A stretch of 64,000 bases of DNA from Spirochaetia bacterium (GCA_963675665.1 OY776510.1:2208001-2272000); one strand, 5' to 3'; positions 28,474-38,424 are shown, numbered from the stretch's first letter. The notes: generated from the letters alone by a model not told the origin. A program made the numbers and translations.

Positions 28474-29718
28474 TTATTCTGAATCAAGTATTGCCCGTCT
28501 TAAAAGATTAAAGGCTGCGGCGGTGGAGCGCTGAATATTCATTGCCCGGTCTCTTCCGAATGTGAATTTTCTTTTCACAAGAAAGCCGGGACCTGCAGCA
28601 GCTATCCATACCGTGCCGACGGGTTTCTCTGCGGTCCCGCCGTCCGGTCCGGCAATTCCGGATGTAGCCAGGGCATAATCGGCGTTGAAAACCTTTAAGG
28701 CCCCGATAGCCATCTGTTCGACGGTTTCTCCGCTGACAGCACCGTAAGTCTCCAAAATCTCATGTTTTACACCGAGCAGTTTTTCCTTTGCTTCGTTTGA
28801 ATATGCCACTATTCCGCCTTTAAACCAGGCCGAACAACCGGGTATTGCTGTTATCCGCTGTGCGGCCGTTCCCCCGGTGCAGCTTTCAGCGGTAACCAGA
28901 TGCCCGGCCCGTTCAGAAATCATTTTCCCCGTAACTGATTCTATCGATTCATTATCGAAACCGTAGATATAATCTCCTGCAATATCATGAAGTGTTTCAA
29001 TTTCCTTCCGTAGTAAAGATTCCAGGGCGGTTTTATCAGCACCGCTGATACCAAGCCTGAGCCGGATCTGTCCAGGTGAGGGCAGGTAGGCTACGCTGAT
29101 TCTGCTGTCAATCGAATTTTCCCAGTCGGCAAGCCTTGAGGCAAGATGCGCTTCCGTTATTCCGGTAAACATGACGGTTTTATATATTATTTCCGGGAGT
29201 TTGAAAAAATCAGAAAGCCCGGTTTTTATATAGTCGGCGAATATTCCCTTCATTTCGCGCGGCACCCCAGGCAGGCTTATCACGATGTTTCCGTCCTTTT
29301 CAAACCACATTCCGGCGGCTGTGCCGTGATGGTTTCTGAGAATTTTGGCAGTTTCCGGCTGCATGGCCTGTTTGCGATCTATGTTTCTCATGGAAGAGCC
29401 TATTCCGCTGATAAATGTTTCAACATCTGCATAAACCTGCTCTGAAAAAACAAGCCTTGTATTAAAATAACCGGACAGAACCTTTTTTGTGATATCATCA
29501 TTTGTAGGACCAAGTCCGCCGGTTATTATGATAAGGTTGTTTTCCGGTAAAAATCGATCAAGGGCATTCCGAATTTCCTCTTCTGAGTCGGAGATTGATA
29601 TATGGCTGCGGATTGAGAAACCGATGGCTGTAAGTTCCGAGGCAAGCCATGCGGAGTTCGTGTTTATAACCTGTCCTATCAGCAGTTCGTCGCCTATTGT
29701 AATAATTGTTGCATTCAT
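28474..29718 (-). CDS. cinA: CinA (MoCF-like domain plus NMN deamidase PncC domain)
   Basis: IGDELLIGQVINTN, GGLGPTNDDIT, LPGVPREM, TAESCTGG and SGIAGPDGG. Confidence 0.93.
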   Translation of the reverse strand: MNATIITIGDELLIGQVINTNSAWLASELTAIGFSIRSHISISDSEEEIRNALDRFLPENNLIIITGGLGPTNDDITKKVLSGYFNTRLVFSEQVYADVETFISGIGSSMRNIDRKQAMQPETAKILRNHHGTAAGMWFEKDGNIVISLPGVPREMKGIFADYIKTGLSDFFKLPEIIYKTVMFTGITEAHLASRLADWENSIDSRISVAYLPSPGQIRLRLGISGADKTALESLLRKEIETLHDIAGDYIYGFDNESIESVTGKMISERAGHLVTAESCTGGTAAQRITAIPGCSAWFKGGIVAYSNEAKEKLLGVKHEILETYGAVSGETVEQMAIGALKVFNADYALATSGIAGPDGGTAEKPVGTVWIAAAGPGFLVKRKFTFGRDRAMNIQRSTAAAFNLLRRAILDSE

Positions 29719-29814
29719 GGATTCAGTATATCCTATTTGAAAAATCTTGCTAAGCCGGGGAATAATGTTGATTATAGGGTTGCCGATGTTTTATAATTAA
29801 TTCAAGGATAAACG

Positions 29815-31215
29815 ATGCATGATAAAAATCAGGATGCAGAGCATTCCAAAAAAGCGATTGAAATAAGCCCCGAACATTTCGCAAGGGTTCAGAGAATAAC
29901 CAGGATGGGGTCGTGGCGGCTCTACCTTGATACGGGCATGATAGAAGCAACCGCGGAAGGATGCAGGGTATACGGGATTGCCGAAGAGTTATTTTCCTTT
30001 TCAGAAATAAAGAAAATTCCTCTTCCGGAATACAGGGAAATGCTTGATCGTGCAATGGAGAATTTGCTGCAAGGTACGGCAGAATATGATGTTGAGTTCC
30101 GGATTAAACGGGCTGACGATGGTAAAATGCGTTATATCCACTCCGTAGCAGAATTTGATTCCGAAAAAAGGATAGTAACCGGAACAATACACGATATTAC
30201 CAGGCGAAAGGAAATTGAACTGGCCCTGAGCGATAAGGAGGCGAGATATCGCAGCCTCTTTGATAATTCAGTTTCGGGGCTTGTCTATGTTGATACGGAC
30301 GGAAGAATCCTTGAAATAAACCGAAAAATGCTTCAGCTGTTAGGTTCGCCGTCAATAGAAGAAACAAAGAAACTGAATATGCTGACATTCCCGCTTCTGA
30401 TAAAAGTGGGATTTTCCGCGGATCTGGAAAAGGTTATTAAAACCGGGAAAAGTCTTTCAAATTCAACAAATTATGTAAGTAAATGGGATACGACACATTT
30501 TCTGGAATACGATATTATCCCAATAAAGGATGAAGACGTTCTTCACGGTATTATGGTGAAGATCGAGGACATTACCCTGAAGAAACAGGCTGAAACAAGG
30601 ATAGAATCCCTGCTTAAAGAAAAGGACATTATTCTCAGAGAGGTCCATCACCGGATAAAGAACAATATGAATTCAATGGAGGGTCTGTTAAAGCTGCAGA
30701 TAGAAAACTCGCCGGATGATAACGTCAGAAAGGAACTGAAAGATGCTGTGGCCAGGCTCAGCAGCATGCGGATTCTTTATGAGAAATTATATCAGTCCGA
30801 AGACTTTATGGGAACTTCTTCCGAAGAATATCTTTCGAAACTTATAGATGATATTGCCGGTGTTTTTCCCGAAAGTGAGAATATTACAATCATAAAGCAT
30901 ATAGAGGATTTTATGATGCCCCCTGAAATAACATTTGCATTGGGAATTATAATAAATGAAATTCTTACAAATGCTCTTAAATATGCTTTTAATGTTGAAG
31001 GCGGAAATAAAGTAATTCTTGTCTCGGCAAACAAGAAAGACAATTCGGTAAATATTATGGTAAGGGACAACGGTGCAGGTTTTCCGGAGCCCGGAGAGAA
31101 ACCGCAGAGAGGATTCGGCCTTCAGCTTATCAGAATGCTTGCTGAACAGATCGGCGGAAAAGCAGAATTCCAGAATGACGGCGGTGCAGTTGTTTCAATA
31201 AAATTCGATATATGA
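29815..31215 (+). CDS. Cytoplasmic PAS-PAS HisKA_2 histidine kinase
   Basis: Two PAS/PAC units, EVHHRIKNNM, NEILTNALKYAF and DNGAG. Confidence 0.9.
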   Translation: MHDKNQDAEHSKKAIEISPEHFARVQRITRMGSWRLYLDTGMIEATAEGCRVYGIAEELFSFSEIKKIPLPEYREMLDRAMENLLQGTAEYDVEFRIKRADDGKMRYIHSVAEFDSEKRIVTGTIHDITRRKEIELALSDKEARYRSLFDNSVSGLVYVDTDGRILEINRKMLQLLGSPSIEETKKLNMLTFPLLIKVGFSADLEKVIKTGKSLSNSTNYVSKWDTTHFLEYDIIPIKDEDVLHGIMVKIEDITLKKQAETRIESLLKEKDIILREVHHRIKNNMNSMEGLLKLQIENSPDDNVRKELKDAVARLSSMRILYEKLYQSEDFMGTSSEEYLSKLIDDIAGVFPESENITIIKHIEDFMMPPEITFALGIIINEILTNALKYAFNVEGGNKVILVSANKKDNSVNIMVRDNGAGFPEPGEKPQRGFGLQLIRMLAEQIGGKAEFQNDGGAVVSIKFDI

Positions 31216-31251
31216 TCCTGTCCTAATCCAAACCGCCGGCAATCCTTCAGG

Positions 31252-32046
31252 CTAATCGCCGTCGAGCATATTCCCAAGGGCTCCCAGGATACTCCCTTCT
31301 CCCTGCCGTCGGCCGCCCTGTGCAGTGCCTATCTGCTTCATTATTCGGTCGGCAAGGCGTGCGAACGGCATACTCTGAAGCATTACAGTCCCTGTCCCTC
31401 GAAGTGTTGCAAGGAACAATCCTTCGCCTCCGAAAACCATTGATTTAAGATTTCCCGCCTGCTCGATGTTGTAATCGAGTTCGGGCGAAAAAGCCACAAT
31501 ACAGCCGGTATCAATTCTCAGTGTTTCGTTTCGAAGCTCTTTTTTTATAACAGTCCCGCCGGCATGAACAAATGCCAGCCCATTGCCGCGCAGTCTCTGA
31601 AGAATAAACCCCTCGCCGCCGAACAGGCCGGTACCGAAGCGTCTGTTGAATGCGATAGTGACTTCCGTACCGAGAGCGGCGCACAGGAACGCATCCTTTT
31701 GGCAGAGCAGATCTCCGCCGACGGATTTTAAATCAACGGGAATGATCTTGCCGGGGTAAGGCGCTGCAAAAGCTACCCTGCGTTTTCCGGCAGAACTGCT
31801 GTTTCTGAAATGGGTCATGAAGATTGATTCTCCGGTAAGCGCCCTTTTGCCTGCGCCGAGAAGTTTTCCCATTATTCCTGAATCGGCTTCAGTGCCGTCG
31901 CCCATCCTTGCCTCGAATGTTATTCCGTCTTCCATGTAATTCATTGCTCCGGCTTCGGCGATTACAACCTCGCCCGGATCAAGTTCTATTTCCACAATCT
32001 GGATATCGTCGCCCAGTATTTCGTAATCAAGTTCATGGCTTCTCAT
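31252..32046 (-). CDS. TIGR00266/AIM24-family protein
   Basis: [28 protein letters not shown] and [16 protein letters not shown]. Confidence 0.9.
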   Translation of the reverse strand: MRSHELDYEILGDDIQIVEIELDPGEVVIAEAGAMNYMEDGITFEARMGDGTEADSGIMGKLLGAGKRALTGESIFMTHFRNSSSAGKRRVAFAAPYPGKIIPVDLKSVGGDLLCQKDAFLCAALGTEVTIAFNRRFGTGLFGGEGFILQRLRGNGLAFVHAGGTVIKKELRNETLRIDTGCIVAFSPELDYNIEQAGNLKSMVFGGEGLFLATLRGTGTVMLQSMPFARLADRIMKQIGTAQGGRRQGEGSILGALGNMLDGD

Positions 32047-32220
32047 TTATCAGCTCCTGTTTATTACTTTTTTTGATGATAAGTCAGCACTCAAATTCTG
32101 TCAATTATAAACCGGGTTGCAGCCCCGCGCTATGCACTTGTACATTCAAAATGCTGGATAAAGAGGAAAAAAATGAATCAGGTTGATCATTCAGGGTTCC
32201 AAATATAAGATGAATAAAGG

Positions 32221-32322
32221 AGCTTCTTGCAAAACTCGGTTAGTTTAGCAGGAAGCTTTGAAGAAAAAAATTACAACTTTAAGTTATTATATACAGAATA
32301 AGAAGTTGTAATTTTTTCTTCA
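32221..32322. repeat. Two adjacent inverted repeats upstream of xdhC
   Basis: An AGCTTCTTGC.AAACT / AGTTT.GCAGGAAGCT hairpin, then TGAAGAAAAAAATTACAACTT-N23-AAGTTGTAATTTTTTCTTCA (20 bp, one bulge). Confidence 0.6.
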
Positions 32323-32359
32323 GTTACATTATGGATATTCCAAAACAGGATTTTACCGG

Positions 32360-33388
32360 ATGAAAGAAATTATTCAAACAGCAGATGAACTTGCACGCAA
32401 GCATGAAGACTTCGCCCTCGCAACCGTAATTTCACGTGACGGTTCCGCACCCAGGGGCCCTGGTGCAAAAATGCTCATCAGGAAGAACGGTGATATCACC
32501 GGAACCATCGGAGGCGGGCTGATTGAAGCCGAGGTGATAAAGAACGGAATAAACTGTATTGGAAACAGGGTATCCGTTATAAAAACCTATGTTTTATCCG
32601 GAGAAAAAGCTGCGGGACTCGATATGACCTGCGGAGGGGAAGCCCGGGTACTGATTCAGTATATTGATGCCTCGAACCCTGAAACCGGAATGCTTTTCGG
32701 TTCGGCTTCAAAAGGCATAAAAGGCAACGGCAAGATTCTTGTTACGGATGTAAGGCTATTGAAAAATGAAACGGTTGATGTGTCGATGCGGCTGCATGAA
32801 GAAGGCGGTTCCTGTGTCCCTGAAGCAAACTACAGTTTACTGCGGGAAGCCCTTCAGTCTGCTGCGCAGTACAAATGTATTTTTTCAGATAATAACATTT
32901 ATATAATTGAGGCGCTGAGCAATCAGCACTGCGTATACATCTGCGGCGGCGGGCATGTCGGGCTGAAAACGGCTGAAACCGCTTCGCTTGCCGGGTTTGA
33001 CACAGTAATAATTGACGATCGGCAGGAGTTCGCAAACCGTGAACGTTTCCCTTACGCACGCGATGTAAAGGTAGCCGAAAACTTCAATAACGTTTTTGAT
33101 GAATACAGGATTGACGGCAGAAGCTATATTGTCATCCTTACCCGGGGACACAGTTACGATCAGGAAGTGCTGAAGCAGGCGCTGCAAACAAACGCATTCT
33201 ATATCGGGATGATCGGCAGCCGGGGCAAGATCGGAAAAATTTATGATAATCTGAAAGCAGAGGGAGTAGACGAGGCGGCTCTTCTGAATGTTGCCGCTCC
33301 GATTGGTCTGCCGATAGGTGCAGAAACTCCTGCAGAGATTGCAGTCAGTATTGTAGCCCAGCTGATTCAGAAGAAGGCTGGAATATGA
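32360..33388 (+). CDS. xdhC: XdhC/CoxI-family molybdoenzyme maturation factor
   Basis: GSAPRGPGAKM, GTIGGG, MTCGG, GGGHVG, YIGMIGS and PIGLPIGAETPAEIAVSI. Confidence 0.9.
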   Translation: MKEIIQTADELARKHEDFALATVISRDGSAPRGPGAKMLIRKNGDITGTIGGGLIEAEVIKNGINCIGNRVSVIKTYVLSGEKAAGLDMTCGGEARVLIQYIDASNPETGMLFGSASKGIKGNGKILVTDVRLLKNETVDVSMRLHEEGGSCVPEANYSLLREALQSAAQYKCIFSDNNIYIIEALSNQHCVYICGGGHVGLKTAETASLAGFDTVIIDDRQEFANRERFPYARDVKVAENFNNVFDEYRIDGRSYIVILTRGHSYDQEVLKQALQTNAFYIGMIGSRGKIGKIYDNLKAEGVDEAALLNVAAPIGLPIGAETPAEIAVSIVAQLIQKKAGI

Positions 33389-34554
33389 CGCGGGAAGGCA
33401 ACGCCGCCGTCTGCAGAAAACCGGCCGGACTGATTCTTGTCGCCGGGTATTCAAGCCGGATGTACGCATTAAAGGCCCTGTATCCTGTCGGAGAAGAACT
33501 TGTTATACAGAGAGCAGTCCGCGTTCTTTTTGAAGCGGGAATTGAAGACGTTTTAATAGTTACCGGCTATAAAAAACATCTGATTGAAACTGTCCTGGAA
33601 GGATTTGACGAAAATTATAAAAACCGTATAATCCTGACGGAAAACCCGGATTATAATGACGGTATGTTTTCATCTGTCCTGACGGGAGTAAAAGCCCTTG
33701 CTGATATTTCCGAAGGATTTCTGATGCTTCCGGTTGATTATCCGTTTGTAAAAGCTGAAACAATAAGGGCGCTTGTCCGTGAATTTGAAATATCCGGTGC
33801 AGATATTATATCTCCTTTCTGCGACGGCAGAAAAGGCCACCCGCCGGTTATCCGAAATACTGTATTCAGCAGCATCCTGGAATATCAGAAAAACATCGGC
33901 GCAGAACGCGGGCCGACCGGAGGCCTTGCTTCAATTCTGGAGAATCCCCGTTTCAGCACCAGAACGACAGAAACAGCCGATTGCGGCGTCCTTGACGATA
34001 TGGATGATGACAGGGCTTATATCCGGCTGCTGAAAAAGTATACCGGTGTTGAGCTGAAATATCCTGCGGCCGCAGAACTGGAAATGCTGATAAGGGCTAA
34101 ATCCCCCGGCAGCCGGACAGTTACGCATATGGAAAAGACCGCTGAACTTGCTGTTGAACTGGCTGAAAAACTTAACGCCTGCGGCTGCCGCCTTCAGCCG
34201 GGACTTATTTATTCTGCGGCAATGCTGCATGATGTCTGCAGGGCCGAACCGGATCATGCCGAAGCGGCAGCTGAATATATTCGTAATTCCGGTTATCCTG
34301 CGGTCGGTGAAATAGTCGGCCGGCATATGAATATTACTCATAATGAGGATGATTCGCTTGATGAAGCTGCAGTGCTCTATCTTGCCGACAAGATGATGGA
34401 AGGGGATAAACTGACCGGGCTGTCGATTCGTATGGAGTCAAAATTGAAACAGTTTGCCGGCAACCAGGTCGCCCTGGAAAATATAAAAACCCGTTTTGAG
34501 AAGGCCTTTCTTATCCGGCGCAAGGTTGAGAAAATTCTAAAACCCCGAATATAA
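33385..34554 (+). CDS. MocA-like nucleotidyltransferase fused to an HD domain
   Basis: LVAGYSSRM..LK, GMFSSV, PVDYP, GHPP and DMDD; C-terminal H...LHD...H...H...YLADK. Confidence 0.85.
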   Translation: MTREGNAAVCRKPAGLILVAGYSSRMYALKALYPVGEELVIQRAVRVLFEAGIEDVLIVTGYKKHLIETVLEGFDENYKNRIILTENPDYNDGMFSSVLTGVKALADISEGFLMLPVDYPFVKAETIRALVREFEISGADIISPFCDGRKGHPPVIRNTVFSSILEYQKNIGAERGPTGGLASILENPRFSTRTTETADCGVLDDMDDDRAYIRLLKKYTGVELKYPAAAELEMLIRAKSPGSRTVTHMEKTAELAVELAEKLNACGCRLQPGLIYSAAMLHDVCRAEPDHAEAAAEYIRNSGYPAVGEIVGRHMNITHNEDDSLDEAAVLYLADKMMEGDKLTGLSIRMESKLKQFAGNQVALENIKTRFEKAFLIRRKVEKILKPRI

Positions 34555-34586
34555 CTGCTGTCATTTTTGCCGAAAAATGATAGGTT

Positions 34587-35657
34587 ATGTCGATGGAAAA
34601 ACCCGAATATATGAAAGATATAAAAACAGAACCTCTTGAAGACGGCGTGTCTCTTCAGCTGTATAATTCTTCCGGTTATACAATATTTCAAAGCTCGGGT
34701 AAATGGTTATATCCTCTCTTTGAGGTGGAAGATCATCTTCATGCAATGGCGCTTGACGCCGGTGAATTATTTCTTCACGATCGGATTGCCGGAAGAGCCG
34801 CGGCAAGCCTTATCGTGCTGATGGGCTTTAAAAAGTGCTTTATTGATACATTGAGTTCGCATGCGCAGGATGTGTTTAAATGTCACGGCGTCGATTACGG
34901 ATACAATATGCTTGTAGAAAAAATAGCCTGCCGTACCGAGAACCTTATTACCAATGAAATGACTCTTGATGATGTTTACAGGATGTTAAGGCAGCGTGCA
35001 GGGCGTCTTCAGGGTATAGACCTTCAGATAAATGATTTGTATGCGGACCATAACGGTAAAACCGTTCTAAACGGATTAAACCTGACCATGCGCGGCGGTG
35101 AACAGCTTGTAATCGGCGGAAACGACTTCGAGGGAAAATCCGTGCTGGCGAAAGTCCTGACCGGGCGTGCGTCTCTTGAAAAAGGCGAAATTATTCTCGG
35201 TGGTGAGTCCGCTAAGCAAACAGAAAATATTCTGCAGGCAATCGGGTATATGAATCAGGATATTCAAACAGACGATATGACCTTAACCGCCTCGGAGTTT
35301 GTGGCGACAGGAATGCAACGGCAGAATCTGAAGGCGGCTGAACTAAGCTACGAGACTGAAATTGTAATGAGGCGGACAGGATGTTTTTACCTGGCTGACC
35401 GGAATGTGGGTTCTCTCACAAAACTGGAAAAGATTCTTGTCGGTCTTGCCCGGTGCCTGGCACGGAAGGTCGGGGTAATTTTGATGGATGAGCCTTCTTC
35501 GTTTCTGGATAATGAAGCCAAAGACGAATTTCTCAATGTACTGAAAAATGTTGTTCGCAGGCATATGCCCACTATCGTTCTTTTATCCAGTGATCGTGGC
35601 TGGATAAACAAGCTGGGCTGGACTGTGAAAACGCTTGCCGGCGGCAGGTTGGATTAG
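34587..35657 (+). CDS. DUF1893 (TM1506-like) domain fused to a degenerate ABC ATPase domain
   Basis: N-terminal PL...DRIAGRAAA...C.TE. The ABC part has GGNDFEGKS (altered Walker A), LTKLEK (altered signature), ILMDEP, and LSSD with no switch His. The true start may be ATG 34593. Confidence 0.7.
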   Translation: MSMEKPEYMKDIKTEPLEDGVSLQLYNSSGYTIFQSSGKWLYPLFEVEDHLHAMALDAGELFLHDRIAGRAAASLIVLMGFKKCFIDTLSSHAQDVFKCHGVDYGYNMLVEKIACRTENLITNEMTLDDVYRMLRQRAGRLQGIDLQINDLYADHNGKTVLNGLNLTMRGGEQLVIGGNDFEGKSVLAKVLTGRASLEKGEIILGGESAKQTENILQAIGYMNQDIQTDDMTLTASEFVATGMQRQNLKAAELSYETEIVMRRTGCFYLADRNVGSLTKLEKILVGLARCLARKVGVILMDEPSSFLDNEAKDEFLNVLKNVVRRHMPTIVLLSSDRGWINKLGWTVKTLAGGRLD

Positions 35658-35684
35658 ATTTATAGATATCAGGATGCTACTGTA

Positions 35685-36137
35685 ATGTTGTTTGTATTTG
35701 ACCTTGATTTTACTTTATGGGACTGCGGCGGAACCTGGTGCGACTGCACTACTCCGCCTTACAGGAAGAAAAAGGAGCATATTTTTGACAGCGTCGGCCG
35801 GCATATAAGGCTGTATGATGATGTACGGGCTGTTCTGGATACGCTGATAAAGAAGGGACACCGCATAGCGGCGGCCTCAAGAACGCATGAGCCGGAATGG
35901 GCGAACGAATTACTGGAACTTCTCGGGATAAACGGATTATTCGATTACAAGGAAATTTACCCTGGGCCCAAGATCCCTCATTTCAAAACGTTGAAAAATA
36001 AAAGCAGCCTGGAATTCCAGGATATGGTTTTTTTCGATGATGAATACAGAAATATTGAGGATGTTTCCGGACTCGGCGTCAAGGCAATTCATGTGCCGGA
36101 CGGAATACGATTTTCCGATGTATACGGGTTGATTTAA
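35685..36137 (+). CDS. Magnesium-dependent phosphatase 1 (MDP-1)-like HAD phosphatase
   Basis: FDLDFTLW, ASRT, EIYPG.K..HF and FFDDE.RN. Confidence 0.85.
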   Translation: MLFVFDLDFTLWDCGGTWCDCTTPPYRKKKEHIFDSVGRHIRLYDDVRAVLDTLIKKGHRIAAASRTHEPEWANELLELLGINGLFDYKEIYPGPKIPHFKTLKNKSSLEFQDMVFFDDEYRNIEDVSGLGVKAIHVPDGIRFSDVYGLI

Positions 36138-36201
36138 ATCTGATTTGTAAACTGTGTAAAATGATCGCCCGGACGCTTGACTATTCAGGCGTTTAGTATG
36201 A

Positions 36202-36297
36202 TTTTTAACAGGAAAAGTACTTCCGTGTACTTTTCCTGTTAAAAAGTTTGAAAATAAAATTTTCAAACTTTACTCAAAACGTGCGCCATCAATGGCG
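36202..36297. repeat. Triple-hairpin palindromic intergenic element
   Basis: TTTTTAACAGGAAAAGTAC-TTCCGT-GTACTTTTCCTGTTAAAAA (perfect 19 bp stem), AAAGTTTGAAAA...TTTTCAAACTTT (12 bp stem) and CGCC-ATCAAT-GGCG. Confidence 0.8.
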
Positions 36298-36318
36298 TTG
36301 AATACTAGGAGTTGCAAA

Positions 36319-37020
36319 GTGAACCAGTACGAGAATACTTTTAATCCGGCTGCTCTTCGGGAACGCAGCATTATAAAGAACGTTTACATGTGGATGACAG
36401 CGGGACTTGCACTGACCGGCGTTGTAGCCTGGTGGTTTTCAGGAAATATGCAGCTTATGAGCGCTTTTTACAGTAATCCGATGCTGTTTTTCGGTGCCAT
36501 AATCGGTGAGCTTGTTCTTGTAATGTATCTATCCAGAAATATCATGCGCATGAGTGCCGGTGCGGCTACAGCCGCCTTTGCGGGCTACGCCTTTTTAAAC
36601 GGAATTACGCTGTCGACGATTTTTCTTGCCTATACAGGCGCAACAATTGCATTGGCGTTTCTGACGACGGCAGCTTCTTTCGGGGCAATGAGCCTGTATG
36701 CTGTAACGACAAAACGCAGTTTGCAGGGTATGGGTCATTATCTGATGATGGGACTCATAGGTATAATTATCGCCTCGGTAATAAACATCTTTCTTAAAAG
36801 TCCGGCATTATATTACCTGATTTCATATGTCGGAATTGCGGTATTTCTTGGGCTTACTGCATATGATACCCAACAGATTCTTGCAATGAGCAGACAGTAC
36901 AGCGGCTCAGTAGACGAGACAAATTATATCAGAATCTCAATTCTAGGCGCCCTGAAGTTATATCTTGATTTTATAAATATTTTTCTTTTTGTTTTAAGAA
37001 TATTCGGCAGACGAAGGTAA
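36319..37020 (+). CDS. Bax inhibitor-1/YccA-family membrane protein
   Basis: VYMWMTAGL, GLTAYDTQ and GALKLYLDFINIFL; 7 TM segments; GTG start after AGGAG. Confidence 0.9.
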   Translation: MNQYENTFNPAALRERSIIKNVYMWMTAGLALTGVVAWWFSGNMQLMSAFYSNPMLFFGAIIGELVLVMYLSRNIMRMSAGAATAAFAGYAFLNGITLSTIFLAYTGATIALAFLTTAASFGAMSLYAVTTKRSLQGMGHYLMMGLIGIIIASVINIFLKSPALYYLISYVGIAVFLGLTAYDTQQILAMSRQYSGSVDETNYIRISILGALKLYLDFINIFLFVLRIFGRRR

Positions 37021-37098
37021 AGAAACAGGATTGTTATTTTAAGAAATATTATTGTTATATTTGATTTTCCCTGCATGTTTTAATTATAATTATCGCAG

Positions 37099-38424
37099 AT
37101 GCATGATCAAAAACTTTTTAATAGATTTTTAACTCTCTGTGATAACGGTTTTGCAGCTGTTGATTCCGACGGCTGTATTCTGGAGGTCAATAAAGCCCTT
37201 TGCGAGCTGACCGGCCGTACAGAGTCATCGCTTACAGGGGCCGGTCTGGAGATCCTGTTCGACAGTTTCAGTGTAGAAACAATACTCCGAATTTATAATG
37301 CATTTGATTGTCACGAAATATCACATACAATATCGGGAGATCTTCTTCAGAAAAAAGGCAGCCCCAGGCTGGTAGAAATCTTTGTTAACTGTACAGCCGA
37401 CGAGCGTTGGCTGCTGATAAAAAACAGATCATTCAGAAAAGAAATGGAAAACAAGCTGCGCCGAAGCGAGTTAATGCTTAGCACCACTCTTGAGAGTCTT
37501 CCGTTTGATTTCTGGATAAATGATGATCAGAACCGCACCTGGATGCAGAATTCTTACAGCAAGGCTTTGTGGGGCGATGTAAAAGGCAAATCTCCCGAAG
37601 AAGTAGGCGCCGAAGAAAAGATAACGGGACAATGGCAGGATACTACCGAAAGGGCATTAAGGGGTGAGGTTGTCGAGGGTGAGATTGAATATATAATCGA
37701 CGGGCATAAAAAGACTTTCAGGAATATTCTGGCGCCGATAAAGGATGATGAAAAAATCCTGGGAATTCTCGGAATGAATATTGATATTACCGACCTTAAA
37801 GAAGCCCTGAATATTCGTGATATGCTGGTTAAAGAAGTACATCACAGAGTCAAGAATAACCTGCACATGATAAACAGTATAATCCAGCTTGAATCAGCCA
37901 GAATACCGGACGGCGAAAGCAGTGCAGTACTTGATGATCTGGTCAGCAGAATTGAGGCTGTTTCGCTTGTTCATGAGAAACTCTACACAACGGGTAATAA
38001 TAATCTGGTACATACTGCAGATTATATAAGAGACCTGGTAGATCATATAATTTCAGGGGTAAGAGCCGGTAATGTAATGGTTGACTATAATCTTGATGAT
38101 ATTGATCTTGAAACAGACCGGATTATTATTCTCGGACTTATTATTAATGAGCTTGTAACCAATGCCGTAAAATATGCGTTTACGGGTGAAGGGAGGCACG
38201 TTCTCAAGCTTTCCATGAAGAAAAAAAATAATGAAATTATAATAGTGGTTACCGATGACGGTCCGGGTTTAAAAACCGGAACCGAAAAAGAGCCGAGGGG
38301 ATCCCTCGGGTTTAAACTGATGGATGTATTGTCAGAACAGCTCGGCGGAAAGCTGGAAAGGCAAAGCAGTCCGGCTGGATGCAGCAACAGTTTGGTTTTC
38401 CCTGTAAAAAAGGCGGAAGCCTGA
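37099..38424 (+). CDS. Cytoplasmic PAS HisKA_2 histidine kinase
   Basis: PAS domains, EVHHRVKNNL, NELVTNAVKYAF and DDGPG. Confidence 0.9.
   Translation: MHDQKLFNRFLTLCDNGFAAVDSDGCILEVNKALCELTGRTESSLTGAGLEILFDSFSVETILRIYNAFDCHEISHTISGDLLQKKGSPRLVEIFVNCTADERWLLIKNRSFRKEMENKLRRSELMLSTTLESLPFDFWINDDQNRTWMQNSYSKALWGDVKGKSPEEVGAEEKITGQWQDTTERALRGEVVEGEIEYIIDGHKKTFRNILAPIKDDEKILGILGMNIDITDLKEALNIRDMLVKEVHHRVKNNLHMINSIIQLESARIPDGESSAVLDDLVSRIEAVSLVHEKLYTTGNNNLVHTADYIRDLVDHIISGVRAGNVMVDYNLDDIDLETDRIIILGLIINELVTNAVKYAFTGEGRHVLKLSMKKKNNEIIIVVTDDGPGLKTGTEKEPRGSLGFKLMDVLSEQLGGKLERQSSPAGCSNSLVFPVKKAEA

Noticed and set aside
32281-32305. Possible ModE box or Moco riboswitch upstream of xdhC
   Set aside because: GTTAT...ATAAG spacing does not fit the ModE consensus, and I could not see the Moco RNA conserved blocks. 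An Rfam scan would settle it.
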